64,000 bases of DNA. It comes from Mobula hypostoma (Eukaryota). The translations under genes were made by a program, and so were the position numbers. The notes under the pieces were generated by a model. That model searched no databases, had not been told where the DNA came from, and saw only the letters and a list, made by a program, of their open reading frames with translations. Location of the stretch: assembly GCF_963921235.1 (NCBI RefSeq), contig NC_086097.1, forward strand, positions 108,006,001 through 108,070,000, given 5' to 3'. Positions 25,429-37,511 of the stretch are shown piece after piece; position 1 is the stretch's first letter; the number at the start of each line of letters is the position of its first letter.

Positions 25429-26061
25429 CAGTGGTCCCCGAGCTCCAGGCCGCGGACCGATACCAGGCCGCGAAGCATGCAGGGGTGCAGCGGTAGTCGA
25501 AGCGCACCCAGCACATCTTTAAGAAAAAAGCTGAAATAAACAAGCTAATTAGTTAGGTGCCGCCTGTCACATAAATGTCAGCCCATATCAGAGGCGATTG
25601 CCCATTTCATTTGCTCTACGCAATGTTCACTCCTCTTTCCAGGGCACTGGAGCCTTTAGCTGTTCCATTGTTTGGTCAATTGAAACGCCAGCCCAGACAA
25701 GCTGAAAAGACAGGGCTGTCAGGATCGAGGTGACATGTTGAACCTACACAAACTTCTAATAAGGTATAGGCGCTGCCATGCTTTCTTTGTAATGACAGTT
25801 ACATGCTGATCCCAGGACAGATCCTCTGGCACTTTTCGGTGAGAGAATAGTCGATCCTTAATCCCGAAGAATTTAAAGTTATTGACCCTCTCCACCTCAG
25901 TTCCTCTAATGAAGACTCGTTTCTGGGTGGCACCTAATTAACTAATTTGTTTATTTCAGCTTTATTCTTAAAGATGTGCTGGGTGCGCTCCGGCTACCGC
26001 TGCACCCCTGCTTGCTTTGCAGCCCAGTGTTGGTCCATGGCCCGGAGGTTGGGGACCACTG
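25429..26061. mobile_element. Non-autonomous hAT-like element with ~135-bp TIRs and internal Rex1 fragments
   Basis: CAGTGGTCCCC...GGGGACCACTG termini with long imperfect inverted arms (25429-~25564 / ~25925-26061). No clear TSD. Confidence 0.75.
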
Positions 26062-26694
26062 AATTATGGATAATACAACTATAGAGTTTTCCAAGTTTGA
26101 TCAAACCTAACCAAGGGTCCTTGCAATTTTGCTTCTATTCTTTACTCCTTATGGTTTTGTTCATTTGACAAATGCTTCATTTTTCCAGTAAATTCATGTT
26201 CTAACACTGTAACATTATCAAAGGCTTAACAAAGTAACTGAATAAGCTGTCCTTGATTTTGTCAGTGAGTTATTAAGGTACGTGACTGACTGCACTTGGC
26301 ATCAAGACTGCATTTGACTGATTCACTGTCGTATCGGGATGACTTAGTAAAGCCAAAGTCAATCAGCGTATTTTATTGGGTGGGTAATTGACCAACCACA
26401 AAAGGTGATGTTTTTCTTGGTTGAGGTCATTTATCACAGTTCCATGTCATGATTGCATGAATTCCTCAGGGCAATGTCTAAAGCCCAATTACCTTTGGAT
26501 TAACATCAATAAGTGTGGATGTCACTGATGATTCCAGAATGTTCAATTCTATTCAGAGTTGTTTGGAAATAAAGCAGCCCATATATACAGCCAACATGAC
26601 CTACACCACATTCAGGTATGGGATAACAGTCATGCCACAAATATGCCAGTCAATGAATAGATCCAATGAGAGGTAATCTCACCACTGTTCCCTA

Positions 26695-26992
26695 TTTATT
26701 TATTTATTGAGATACATCATGGAACCGGCCCTTCCAGCCCAACAAGCCACACCAGCCAGCAACCCCCAATTTTTAATGCTAGCCTAATCAGAGGACAATT
26801 TACAATGACCAATTAACCTACTATCTGGTATGACTTTGGTCTGTGGGCAGAAACTGGACCACCCAGAGGAAACCCATGTGCACATGGGAAGAACGTACAA
26901 ACTTTCTTGCAGAGGACCCCGGAATTGAACTCCGAACTCCAACACCCTAAGATGTAATAGCATCATGCAAACTGCTACGCTACCATGGCGCC
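26695..26992 (-). mobile_element. tRNA-derived V-SINE
   Basis: Reverse complement has GGTAGCGTAGCAG (A-box), GTTCAATTCC (B-box) and the V-domain. Confidence 0.7.
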
Positions 26993-27314
26993 AAAGTTCT
27001 TTGGGAAAATAATGTCACTCCTTCATCTTCATTGTCTAAGTTCTGTTACTACGCTGTAAACAACATTCTGGGAGTATCTTCACCAGAAGGACTACAACAG
27101 CCCAACAGCTGATTGTCACCTTCTTACGGGCAAAAATGTTGTGTTGCCAGGAATGGTGAACCTAAAAACATATAAAAATAGTTACATTCTTGTAGCCTGC
27201 TAGTTTTACTTCCAATTTGAAGTTTTACTGACAATTCTGTTCAATTAACTGTGGCAGATTCAGCTTCAGATTCATTTATTTATCACATGTACGTCATTTG
27301 CATCGTTAGTGATA

Positions 27315-30078
27315 AACAGAGAAAGAGGTGGAAAATTTCTTAAATGCATTTATTTTAATGATAGGAGCATTATAAGAAAGGTGGATGGGCATGGATTGAT
27401 ACCTGGAAATATGATGTTGTAGCTATTAGTGAAACATGGTTACAGGAGGGGTGTGGTTGGCAACTAAATATTCCTGGATTTAATTGCTTCAGGTGTGATA
27501 GAATCGGAGGGACAAGAGGGGGAGGTGTTGCATTGATTGTCAGAGAATATATTACAGTGGTGCTCTGGCAGGATAGATTAGAGAGCTCGTCTAGGGAGGC
27601 TATTTGGGTGGAATTGAGGAATGGAAAAGGTGTAGAAAATCTTATGGGGGTGTATTATAGACCACCAAATGGGGAGTGAGAATTGGAGGAGCAAATTTGT
27701 AAGGAGATAGTAGATATTTGTAGTAAGCACAAGGTTGTGATTGTGGGAGATTTTAATTTTCCACACATAGACTGAGGAAGCCCATACTGTAAAAGGGCTG
27801 GATGGTTTGGAGTTTGTAAAATGTGTGCAGGATAGTTTTTTGCAACAATATATAGAGGCACAAACTAGAGAAGAGGTAGTGTTGGATCTCCTGTTATGGA
27901 ATGAGATAGGTCAGGTGATGGAGGTTTGTGCTGGGGAGCACTTCGGGTCCAGTGAACACAATGCTATTAGTTTCAATATAAATATGGAGAAGGTAATAGC
28001 TCTGGACCCAGGCTTGAGATTTTTGATTGGAGAAGGGCTAACTTTGAGGAGATGCGAAAGGATTTAGAAGGAGTGGATTGGGACAATTTGTTTTATGGGA
28101 AGAATGTAATAGAGAAATGGAGGTCATTTAAAGGTGAAATTTTGATGAGAGTACAGAATCTTTATGATCCTGTTAGGTTGAAAGGAAAGGTTAAAAGTTT
28201 GAGAGAGCCATGGTTTTCAAGGGATATTGGAAGCTTGGTTCGGAAAAAGAGAGATATCTACAATAAATAGAGGCAGCATGGAGTAAATGAGGTGCTCGAG
28301 GAATATAAAGAATCTTAAGAAAGAAATAAGAAAAGCTAAAAGAAGATATGAGGTTGCTTTGGCAAGTAAGGTGAAAGTAAATCCCAAGGGTTTCTACCGT
28401 TATAGAAATACCAATAGCAAAATTGGTCCCTTAGAGAATCAAAGTGGACAGCTATGTGTGGAGCCAAAAGAGGTGGGGGAAATTCTGAGCAATTTCTTTT
28501 CTTCGGTATTCACTGAGGAGAAGGATATTGAATTGTGTGAGATAAGGGAAACAGGTAGAGAAGTTATGGAAACTATGATGATTAAAGAAGAGAAAGTACT
28601 GGAGCTTTTAAAGAATATAAAAGTGGATAAGTCTCTGGGTCCTGACAGGATATTTCCTAGGACTTTGAGGGAAGTTAGTGTGGAAATAGCAGGGGCTCTG
28701 ACAGAAATATTTCAAATGTCATTGGAAACAGGGGTGGTGCCGGAGGATTGGCGTATTGCTCATGTTGTTCCATTGTTTAAAAAGGGTTCTAAGAGTAAAC
28801 CTAGCAATTATCAGCCTGTGAGTTTAAGGTCAGTGGTGGGTAAGTTGATGGAAAGTATTCTTAGAGATAGTATATATAATTATCTGGATAGACAGGGTCT
28901 GATTAGGAACAGTAAACATGGATTTGTGCGTGGAAGGTCATATTTGACAAATCTTATTGAATTTTTTGAAGAGGTACTAGGAAAGTTGACGAGGGTAAAG
29001 CGGAGGATGTTGTCTATATGGACTTCAGTAAGGCCTTTGACAAGGTCCCACATAGAAGGTTGGTTAGGAAGGTTCAATCGTTAGGTATTAATATTGACGT
29101 AGTAAAATGGATTCAGCAGTGGCTGGATGGGAGACACCAGAGAGTAGTGGTGGATAACTGTTTGTCAGATTGGAGGCCAGTGACTAGCGGTATGCCTCAG
29201 GGATCTGTACTGCGTCCAATGTTATTTGTCATATACATTAATAATCTAGATGATGGGGTGGTAAATTGGATGGGTAAGTATGCAGATGATACTAAGATAG
29301 GTGGAGTTGTGGATAGTGAACTACAAATGTTCGTAGGTTTTCAAAGCTTGCAGAGAGATTTAGGCCAGTTAGAAGAGTGGGCTGAAAGATGGCAGATGGA
29401 GTTTAATGCTGATAAATGTGAGGTGCTACATTTTGGTGGGATTAATCAAAATAGGACATACATGGTAAATGATAGGGCATTGAAGAATGAAGTAGAACAG
29501 AGGGATCTAGGAATAATGGTGCATAGTTCCCTGAAGATGGAATCTCATGTGGATAGGGTGGTGAAGAAAGCTCTTGGTATGTTGGCCTTTATAAATCGGA
29601 GCATTTACTAGAATGTTAGCTGGGTTTCATCACCTAAGTTACAGAGAAAGGTTGAACAAGTTGGGCCTTTATTCTTTGGAACATAGAAGGTTGAGGGGAG
29701 AGACTTGATAGAGGTATTTAAAATTATGAGGAGGATTGATAGAGTTGACGTGGACAGGCTTTTTCCATTGAGAGTGGGGGAGATTCAAACAAGAGGAAAT
29801 GAGTTGAGAGTTAAAGGGCAAAAGTTTAGGGGTAACATGAGGGTGAACATCTTTACTCAGAGAGTGGTAGCTGTGTGGAACAAGCTTCCAGCGGAAGTGA
29901 TTGAGGCAGGTTCAATGTTGTCGTTTAAAATTAAATTGGACAGCTATATGGACAGGAAAGGAATGGAAGGCTATGGGCTGAGTGCAGGTCGGTGGGACTA
30001 GGTGAGAGTAAGCGTTCCACATGGACTAGAAGGGCCGAGCTGGCCTGTTTCCGTGCTGTAATTGTTATATGGTTATAT
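27315..30078 (+). mobile_element. CR1 LINE with near-complete but disrupted ORF2 (APE plus RT)
   Basis: VVAISETW, YYRPP, VGDFNFP, GSSEH, GPDRIFPRTL, DFSKAFDKVPH, QGSVL, KYADDTK, FTQRVVAVWNKLP, and a (GTTATAT) tail. Contains frameshifts and an internal deletion at ~29608. Confidence 0.92.
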
Positions 30079-30224
30079 TTGTATAATATAACCATCACAC
30101 CAAGGATGTGTGAGGGGGCAGTGTTGCCACACCTTCTGGCACTGACATACCATGCCCACAGTACTCATCAAAACAACACAGAACAAAACAACAACAAAAC
30201 AAGCTCCGTTCCTACCTCTCACCT

Positions 30225-30257
<33 letters not shown>

Positions 30258-30271
30258 CAACACCAGAACAG

Positions 30272-31232
30272 TAAACACAAAATAATCTGCAGATGCTGGG
30301 GTCAAAGCAACAGTCACAACCTGCTGGAAGAACTCAGCAGGTCGGGCAGCATCCGTGGAAATGATGAGTCGACAATTCAGGCTAGAACCCTTCGTCAGGT
30401 CTGTAGGGGGAAGGGGCAGAGGCCCTATAAAGAAGGTGGGGGAGGGTGGGAAGGAGAAGGCAGGTAGGTTCCAGGTGAAAAACCAGTAAGGGGAAAGATA
30501 AAGGAGTGGGGGAGGGGAAGCAGGGAAGTGATAGGCAGGAAAGGTGAAGAAGGAATAGGGGAAAACACAATGGGTAGTAGAAGGAGGCCGAACCATGAGG
30601 GAGGTGATAGGCAGCTGGGGGGAGGGGGCAAAGTGACATAGGTATAGGGGAAGGGAGGGGGAGGGAATTACCGGAAGTTGGAAAATTCTATGTTCATACC
30701 AAGGGGCTGGAGACTACCTAGACGGTATCTGAGGTGTTGCTCCTCCAACCTGAGTTTAGCCTTATCATGGCAGTAGAAATGGCCATGTATGGACAAATCT
30801 GAATGGGAGTGGGAAACAGAGTTGAAGTGGGTGGCTACTGGGAGATCCTGTCTGTTTTGGCGGACAGAGCAGAGGTGCTCAACGATGCGGTCCCCCAATC
30901 TGCGTCGGGTTTCACCGATGTAGAGGAGGCCACACCGGGAGCACCGGATGCAATAGATGGCCCCCACAGACTCACAAGTGAAGTGTTTCCTCACTTGGAA
31001 GGACTGTTTGGGGCCCTGAATGGTGGCAAGAGAGGAGGTGTAGGGACAGGTGTAGCACTTGCACTTACAGAGGTAAGTGCCAGGTGGGAGATCCGTGGAG
31101 AGGGACATGTGGACCAGGGAGTCGCGGAGGGACCGATCCCTGCGGAAAGCGGAGAGGGGTTAAGAGGGAAAAATGTGCTTAGTGGTTGGGTCCTGTTGAA
31201 GGTGGCGGAAGTTGAGGAGGGTAATGTGCTGG
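30272..31232 (-). mobile_element. PLE 3' fragment (GIY-YIG plus 3' UTR with degenerate hammerhead)
   Basis: ORF 30668-31108 IYCIRCSRCGLLYIGETRRRLGDR. CTGACGAAGGGTTCTAGCCTGAATTGTCGAC at ~30368-30398. Confidence 0.85.
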
Positions 31233-32494
31233 ATTTTTCCGGAGGCTGGACAGAACAGGCTGTCTCCAGACTTCAGCCCCCAGCTGACTCATGGATTCGA
31301 AGGCAGATATTGGGCCTTTGAGTTCTCCAGTGGGTTCACAGTGGATGCAGTGGTCTGGCCATTGGGACTCAACTTCTGGACTTCCAACCAACCTCCAGGC
31401 TTTGATTTTTGGCATTGACCCCAGGACTTGCCGATGATACAGAAAGAGCAGCCTGGATGGAGATTCCAAGCACTATTCTTGACTTTAATAAATCAAGAAT
31501 AAATCCATAGGTTATTATCAAGGCAAATAGAACAGCAAAGTTTAAGAGGCATTTAGATAGGCATATGAACAGACCACATGCAGGCAGATGAGTTCAATTC
31601 AAATTGTCATCATGGTCAGCACAGACATTGTGGGCTGAAGGGCCTGTGCTGTACTGTTCATGTGATTCATCTGTTCCAATCAGTGTGTGAGCGTCTTACC
31701 TAGTAGAATATTAAAGTAATAGCAGAGATAGAAGTATTGCCTTATATTTATGAGTACTCACTCTCAATACAGGACCAACTCCTTACTTTTCATTTGGTGT
31801 ATTATGATAACCTAACAGAGGTAAAATACAGATATTATGTATTTGTGAGAAGTCTCTTACTAATTTTATAAAATTTTCAGCTTTACTATTTGACATAGTG
31901 CAACGGTACCACATACTGAAAGCACCGTATTTCATCAAATGTTGCGAATTATACGGTAATACAATAAAGCTCCAGAAATCTACTATCCATTTGTTTGGAT
32001 TGCTGATGGTTTGACATCTGGTTTCATGTGCTTCCTTTTGACTCATGGGGTCCGTTCAAAGTCTTAATAAACTCACCACGGCCCCATACCTATGCTTGTT
32101 TTAAACACACTAGAGCCCTATTCCCCATAATCCATTTCAGCACACCAGGGCTCCATTTTCCACTCTTCTCTTCTACTCAGCTGCTTCACTGAAAAAAAAA
32201 CTATTATACTACCCTGTAATATCAAAAATGAGGATTAAAATTGGGTTGTAGCATTAGTAGGACCAGCATCTAATAGTACAGAAAATCTGCAAATCAGGCA
32301 CTGCCGAAGTCATGATATATCCTCCTCAGTTCGCCAATCATTCTGAAGTCTTTTCACGTCACTCTCCTTTCCTTCTATATGCTGACCAGTTGCCTCTCCA
32401 CTCTAATCGAGGATTTCAACCTAAAATGTGAACAATTTCTTTTCTCCTATAGATGCTGCTTGAACTGCTGAGCTCTTCCAACATATTGTATGAT

Positions 32495-34470
32495 CACCAC
32501 CATCAAGTACATTGGAGTACATAAAGCTGCATCCATCGTCAATGACCCTCACCATCCAGGCCATTTTCTCTTCTCAGTACTTCCACTAGTAGGAAGAGCA
32601 GGAGCTTAGGTGCCACACCATCAGGTTCAGGAACAGTTATCACCCTACAGCCATCAGGTGCCACACCATCAGGTTCAGGAACAGTATTACCGTACAGCCA
32701 TCAGGTGCTACACCATCAGGTTCAGGAACAGTTATCACCCTACAGCCATCAGGTGCCACACCATCAGGTTCAGGAACAGTTATCACCTTACAGCCATCAG
32801 GTGCTACACCATCAGGTTCAGGAACAGTTATCACCCTACAGCCATCAGGTGCCACACCATCAGGTTCAGGAACAGTTATCACCCTACAGCCATCAGGTGC
32901 TACACCATCAGGTTCAGGAACAGTTATCACCCTACAGCCATCAGGTGCTACACCATCAGGTTCAGGAACAGTATTACCGTACAGCCATCAGGTGCCACAC
33001 CATCAGGTTCAGGAACAGTTATCACCCTACAGCCATCAGGTGCCACACCATCAGGTTCAGGAACAGTTATCACCCTACAGCCATCAGGTGCCACACCATC
33101 AGGTTCAGGAACAGTTATCACCCTACAGCCATCAGGTGCTACACCATCAGGTTCAGGAACAGTTATCACCCTACAGCCATCAGGTGCTACACCATCAGGT
33201 TCAGGAACAGTTATCACCCTACAGCCATCAGGTGCTACACCATCAGGTTCAGGAACAGTTATCACCCTACAGCCATCAGGTGCTACACCATCAGGTTCAG
33301 GAACAGTTATCACCCTACAGCCATCAGGTGCCACACCATCAGGTTCAGGAACAGTTATCACCCTACAGCCATCAGGTGCCACACCATCAGGTTCAGGAAC
33401 AGTTATCACCCTACAGCCATCAGGTGCCACACCATCAGGTTCAGGAACAGTTATCACCCTACAGCCATCAGGTGCCACACCATCAGGTTCAGGAACAGTT
33501 ATCACCCTACAGCCATCAGGTGCTACACCATCAGGTTCAGGAACAGTTATCACCCTACAGCCATCAGGTGCCACACCATCAGGTTCAGGAACAGTTATCA
33601 CCCTACAGCCATCAGGTGCCACACCATCAGGTTCAGGAACAGTTATCACCCTACAGCCATCAGGTGCTACACCATCAGGTTCAGGAACAGTTATCACCCT
33701 ACAGCCATCAGGTGCTACACCATCAGGTTCAGGAACAGTTATCACCCTACAGCCATCAGGTGCTACACCATCAGGTTCAGGAACAGTTATCACCCTACAG
33801 CCATCAGGTGCCACACCATCAGGTTCAGGAACAGTTATCACCCTACAGCCATCAGGTGCTACACCATCAGGTTCAGGAACAGTTATCACCCTACAGCCAT
33901 CAGGTGCTACACCATCAGGTTCAGGAACAGTTATCACCCTACAGCCATCAGGTGCTACACCATCAGGTTCAGGAACAGTTATCACCCTACAGCCATCAGG
34001 TGCCACACCATCAGGTTCAGGAACAGTTATCACCCTACAGCCATCAGGTGCTACACCAGCAGGTTCAGGAACAGTTATCACCCTACAGCCATCAGGTGCC
34101 ACACCATCAGGTTCAGGAACAGTTATCACCCTACAGCCATCAGGTGCTACACCATCAGGTTCAGGAACAGTATTACCTTACAGCCACCAGGCTCCTGAAT
34201 TGGCATGGATAACTTCACTCACTTCAATGCTGAACTAAATCCACAACCTACGGAATCACTTTCAAGGACTCTGCAACTCATGTTCTCAGTATTCTTTACT
34301 TTTTTATTTCATGTTCTCAGTATTCTTTACTTTTTTATTTGCACAATTTGTCCTCTTTTGCTTATTGGCTCTTTGTCAGACTTTGGTTATGAATAATTTT
34401 TCATATATTATACTGTGTGTATATTCCTATAAATATCTGCAACAAAATGAATCTCAAGGGAGTAACATGG
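32495..34470 (+). mobile_element. Rex1/Babar 3' fragment hosting a minisatellite
   Basis: DPHHPGHFLFSVLP upstream of the array; RLLN, stop and the Rex1 3' UTR downstream. Confidence 0.75.
32608..34191. repeat. 48-bp minisatellite, ~33 copies (AGGTGCYACACCATCAGGTTCAGGAACAGTTATCACCCTACAGCCATC)
   Basis: Direct tandem periodicity of 48 bp (lines repeat every 240 bp). Three 47-bp variant units and a C/T polymorphism; no unique spacers. Confidence 0.97.
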
Positions 34471-35849
34471 GTAATACACTTGATGTTGACTTTGCTCCTG
34501 AAGCTGCTGGATGCTCATAAACTTTACTCAATCTATCAAACATTATTCAAAATGATTTTAAAAAGCTTTTAGTTATCATTGAAATAAGTCTAGCAACTTT
34601 AATGGAATTACTGTAGTAATCACACACAATAACTAGAACATGGTCATGCAATTTGCAAAGGTCAGCACCAGCCTTCTCCCATAGCCTGGCCACAATGTTG
34701 TGCCGAAATTAAGGTATCCTTGTTGGTGGACTAAATAAATATTGTTTAAACTCATGACTACTAGGCCACAGACTATAATCTGAGGTGCAGGATTTCTTAC
34801 TAGCATGTAAGAGCAGGGGTGCAATGCTGAGGAATTCGAAGGCATTGGTCAGACCACGTCTGTAGTATTGTGAGCAGTTTTGGGCTCCTTGTTTAAGAAA
34901 ATATGTGCTGACATTGGAGAGGGTCCAGAGGAGGTTCACGATAATCACCCCCGACATGAAAGGATTAACATATGAGGAATGTTTGATGGCTCTGGGCCTG
35001 TACTCACTGGAGTTTAGAAGAATGAGGGAGGATGTCATTGAAACCTATTAAATACTGAAAGGCCTAGATGGAGTGGATATAGAGAGTGATTCCTGCAGTG
35101 GATGATGTTACGTTTGTTGTCAGTAAAGACAAACTTGGCGTGCGTAATTATTACTGAACTCTGTTCAACACTGAGCGGCTGCAACCCATGAGCCATCGAA
35201 GCTTCCGATTCCGGGTGAACCCCACGTTGCCCACTGGGGACTGAAGTTCTTTATTATGCACACATAATAACACATCTTCCCACTTTAAAGAAAATAAAAC
35301 AAACACAACACTATGTCCCCATAAACCTGCAAAGAACAAAATCCTTTTTTTTTTGAATTTTCAACTTCAATTGTAATGAGTAAATACAGTCTTTATCTAC
35401 TCATCAACTTTCAATGAGTTTCTGAGATGGTTTAATTATAATTTTTGGTCTGCTATGTTTCCATAGGTGTATTGCCTGCATTTGGTGTGTTAATATTTGT
35501 GTTTTTCTGAGAAGTCTGAGCAACATAGTCATTTTTCACATCTCCTTTGGTGTACTGACAGATGACATGTCACAGCTATAGGTTGGAGTATATGCTCATA
35601 GATCCACATGGTTCCTTCTCAGAGGTGTCGCTCACTCCACCTGCATCTAGTAGGAATGTGGAGCTACTTCCTTATACACATATCCTTGCATGGACCATGT
35701 GCCAAAATCATGATCTTGGATTTGCACTTGATCTTCAGACTTCAGGATTGGTAAGCTTTTTGCAGTCTCACAAATTCACTCCAATTTTGAAGTATGGCCA
35801 GTCTGGTACAAGGTGTAGTGTAAGCGGTTCTACTTGCTACTTCAGTCTG

Positions 35850-36060
35850 TGAAGAAGAAAGCCCTTAACTCCGAGTGGAGTCATCGGGACACCGTTGTGA
35901 TGGTGTTTTTTTAGCAGACTTTCTTATTTTCACGAGGCTGAGTTGCTAGCTCGACGCTCAACCCAGCACGGATGGAAAGCATGCAAGCGAGCCGGCTGGA
36001 TTTGAACTTGGGAGCCTTCGCTCTGAAGTCCAGCGCTAATGCCACTATGCCACCAGCCAG
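35850..36060 (-). mobile_element. tRNA-derived SINE nested in the Gypsy integrase
   Basis: Reverse complement has TGGCATAGTGG (A-box), GTTCAAATCC (B-box) and a (TTC)n tail. Confidence 0.7.
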
Positions 36061-37511
36061 CCACTTTGGTCTGTAGGTAAGGTATATTTCACACGAAGCA
36101 GTAGTCTGGTTGATATCTTGGTTCATACTTGGCCAGTACACCACTTCACAAGCTCTACGCTTACATTTTTCCTCACCAAGATGCCCTTTGTGTATCTTCT
36201 AGAGCATTTCATTTTGTAGTGACACAAATCTGTTCCCTTTGAAGACCATATCTTTCACTAATGACAGTACATCAGTGCATGCCCAATAATCCCAAATACT
36301 CACTGGACAGTTGCTGGCCATTCTTTCCATATTGTACCATTAAGTTTCATCTATCCCTGTTATTTTCCTAATCTGCTCTGTGCTATCAGGAGATATTGGA
36401 ATGGATGTGACAACCATGTTAACATAGGCCTGTATATCTGCATAAATCCCTTTGTCACTCTTTCTTTCTTGTTGATTGCTTGAGACAGCGCATCAGCAGC
36501 AAACATACTGTATACTTTCCCAGTGTGTAGATCATCTTCACATCATATTTCTGCAGCCTTATCAACATGCTCTGTATCCTCATGGGACAGTCATTCAGTG
36601 GTTTATGGTCTGTCTCCACTTCAAAAGCTTGTCCATAGATATACTGATGGAACCTTTCACATGCATATGTGTTGGTGAGAAGCCCATTCTCGATCTGTGC
36701 ATAGTTGCCTTCCGCACCCGTTAAACCCCTTGAGGCAAAGGCCACAGGTTGCCATGTGTCATCACGCTGTTGCAGTAGTACTGATCCAAGGCCGTACTGA
36801 GACACATCAGCCGAGATCTTAGACCAGCTTTCTGGATCAAAAAACTTCAGCAGGTGCTCTTCAGTTAGGAGTCTTTTCAGCCTCTGAAAACACTCTTCTT
36901 GCTCGTGAGACCAAATCCACTCATTACACCGCTCAAGGGGTGACCTAAGAGATGCTGACACAGCAGGGATGAACTTAGCCAGGTCAGTCACCAGCCCCAA
37001 GAATCATCTCTTTGTTTTGGAGCCTCTCCATGGTTTCAATGGCTTGCATCTTACTTGCGTCAGGCTTCACTTCCTCTTCAGGTATGATACTCCTATGAAA
37101 GACAGTGTCTTAACACCAAGCTCACATTTCTCTTTATTTAATTTCAATTTGACATTCCATGTCACATCAAGCACATGTCTCAGTCGTGCATCACGTTCAT
37201 CCTTGGTGGGCTCCTAGACGAAGATGTCATCCATCATGGTCTCGACACCAGGTATGACCTCAAAGATCATGTGAATAGTTTTATGTAGACTTCTTGGTGT
37301 GGCCAGAAGCCAAAGAAAGCAATATTTTCCCTGGTGTGTTAAAAGTACACAGCCTCAAACTTGTCTTATCAAGCTTCATCTTCCAAAACTGAGGCGACGC
37401 GATGAGCTTGCTAAACCACTTGGCACCTGCAAATTGGACGTGATCTCCTTCATGTTGGCAATTTTAAATGCTTTCTCTTGATGGCTTTATTGAGAAATCT
37501 TGAGTCTAGGC

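Noticed and set aside
32608..34191. CRISPR array, or a gene for a repeat protein (ORFs of 393-542 aa)
   Set aside because: Head-to-tail units with no unique spacers, no cas genes, eukaryotic context. The ORFs arise because the 48-bp unit is stop-free; they lack real ATG starts and splice signals.
35990..36060. tRNA gene
   Set aside because: A/B boxes are present, but there is no complete cloverleaf and it continues into a SINE body and tail. The same applies at 18395 and 26990.
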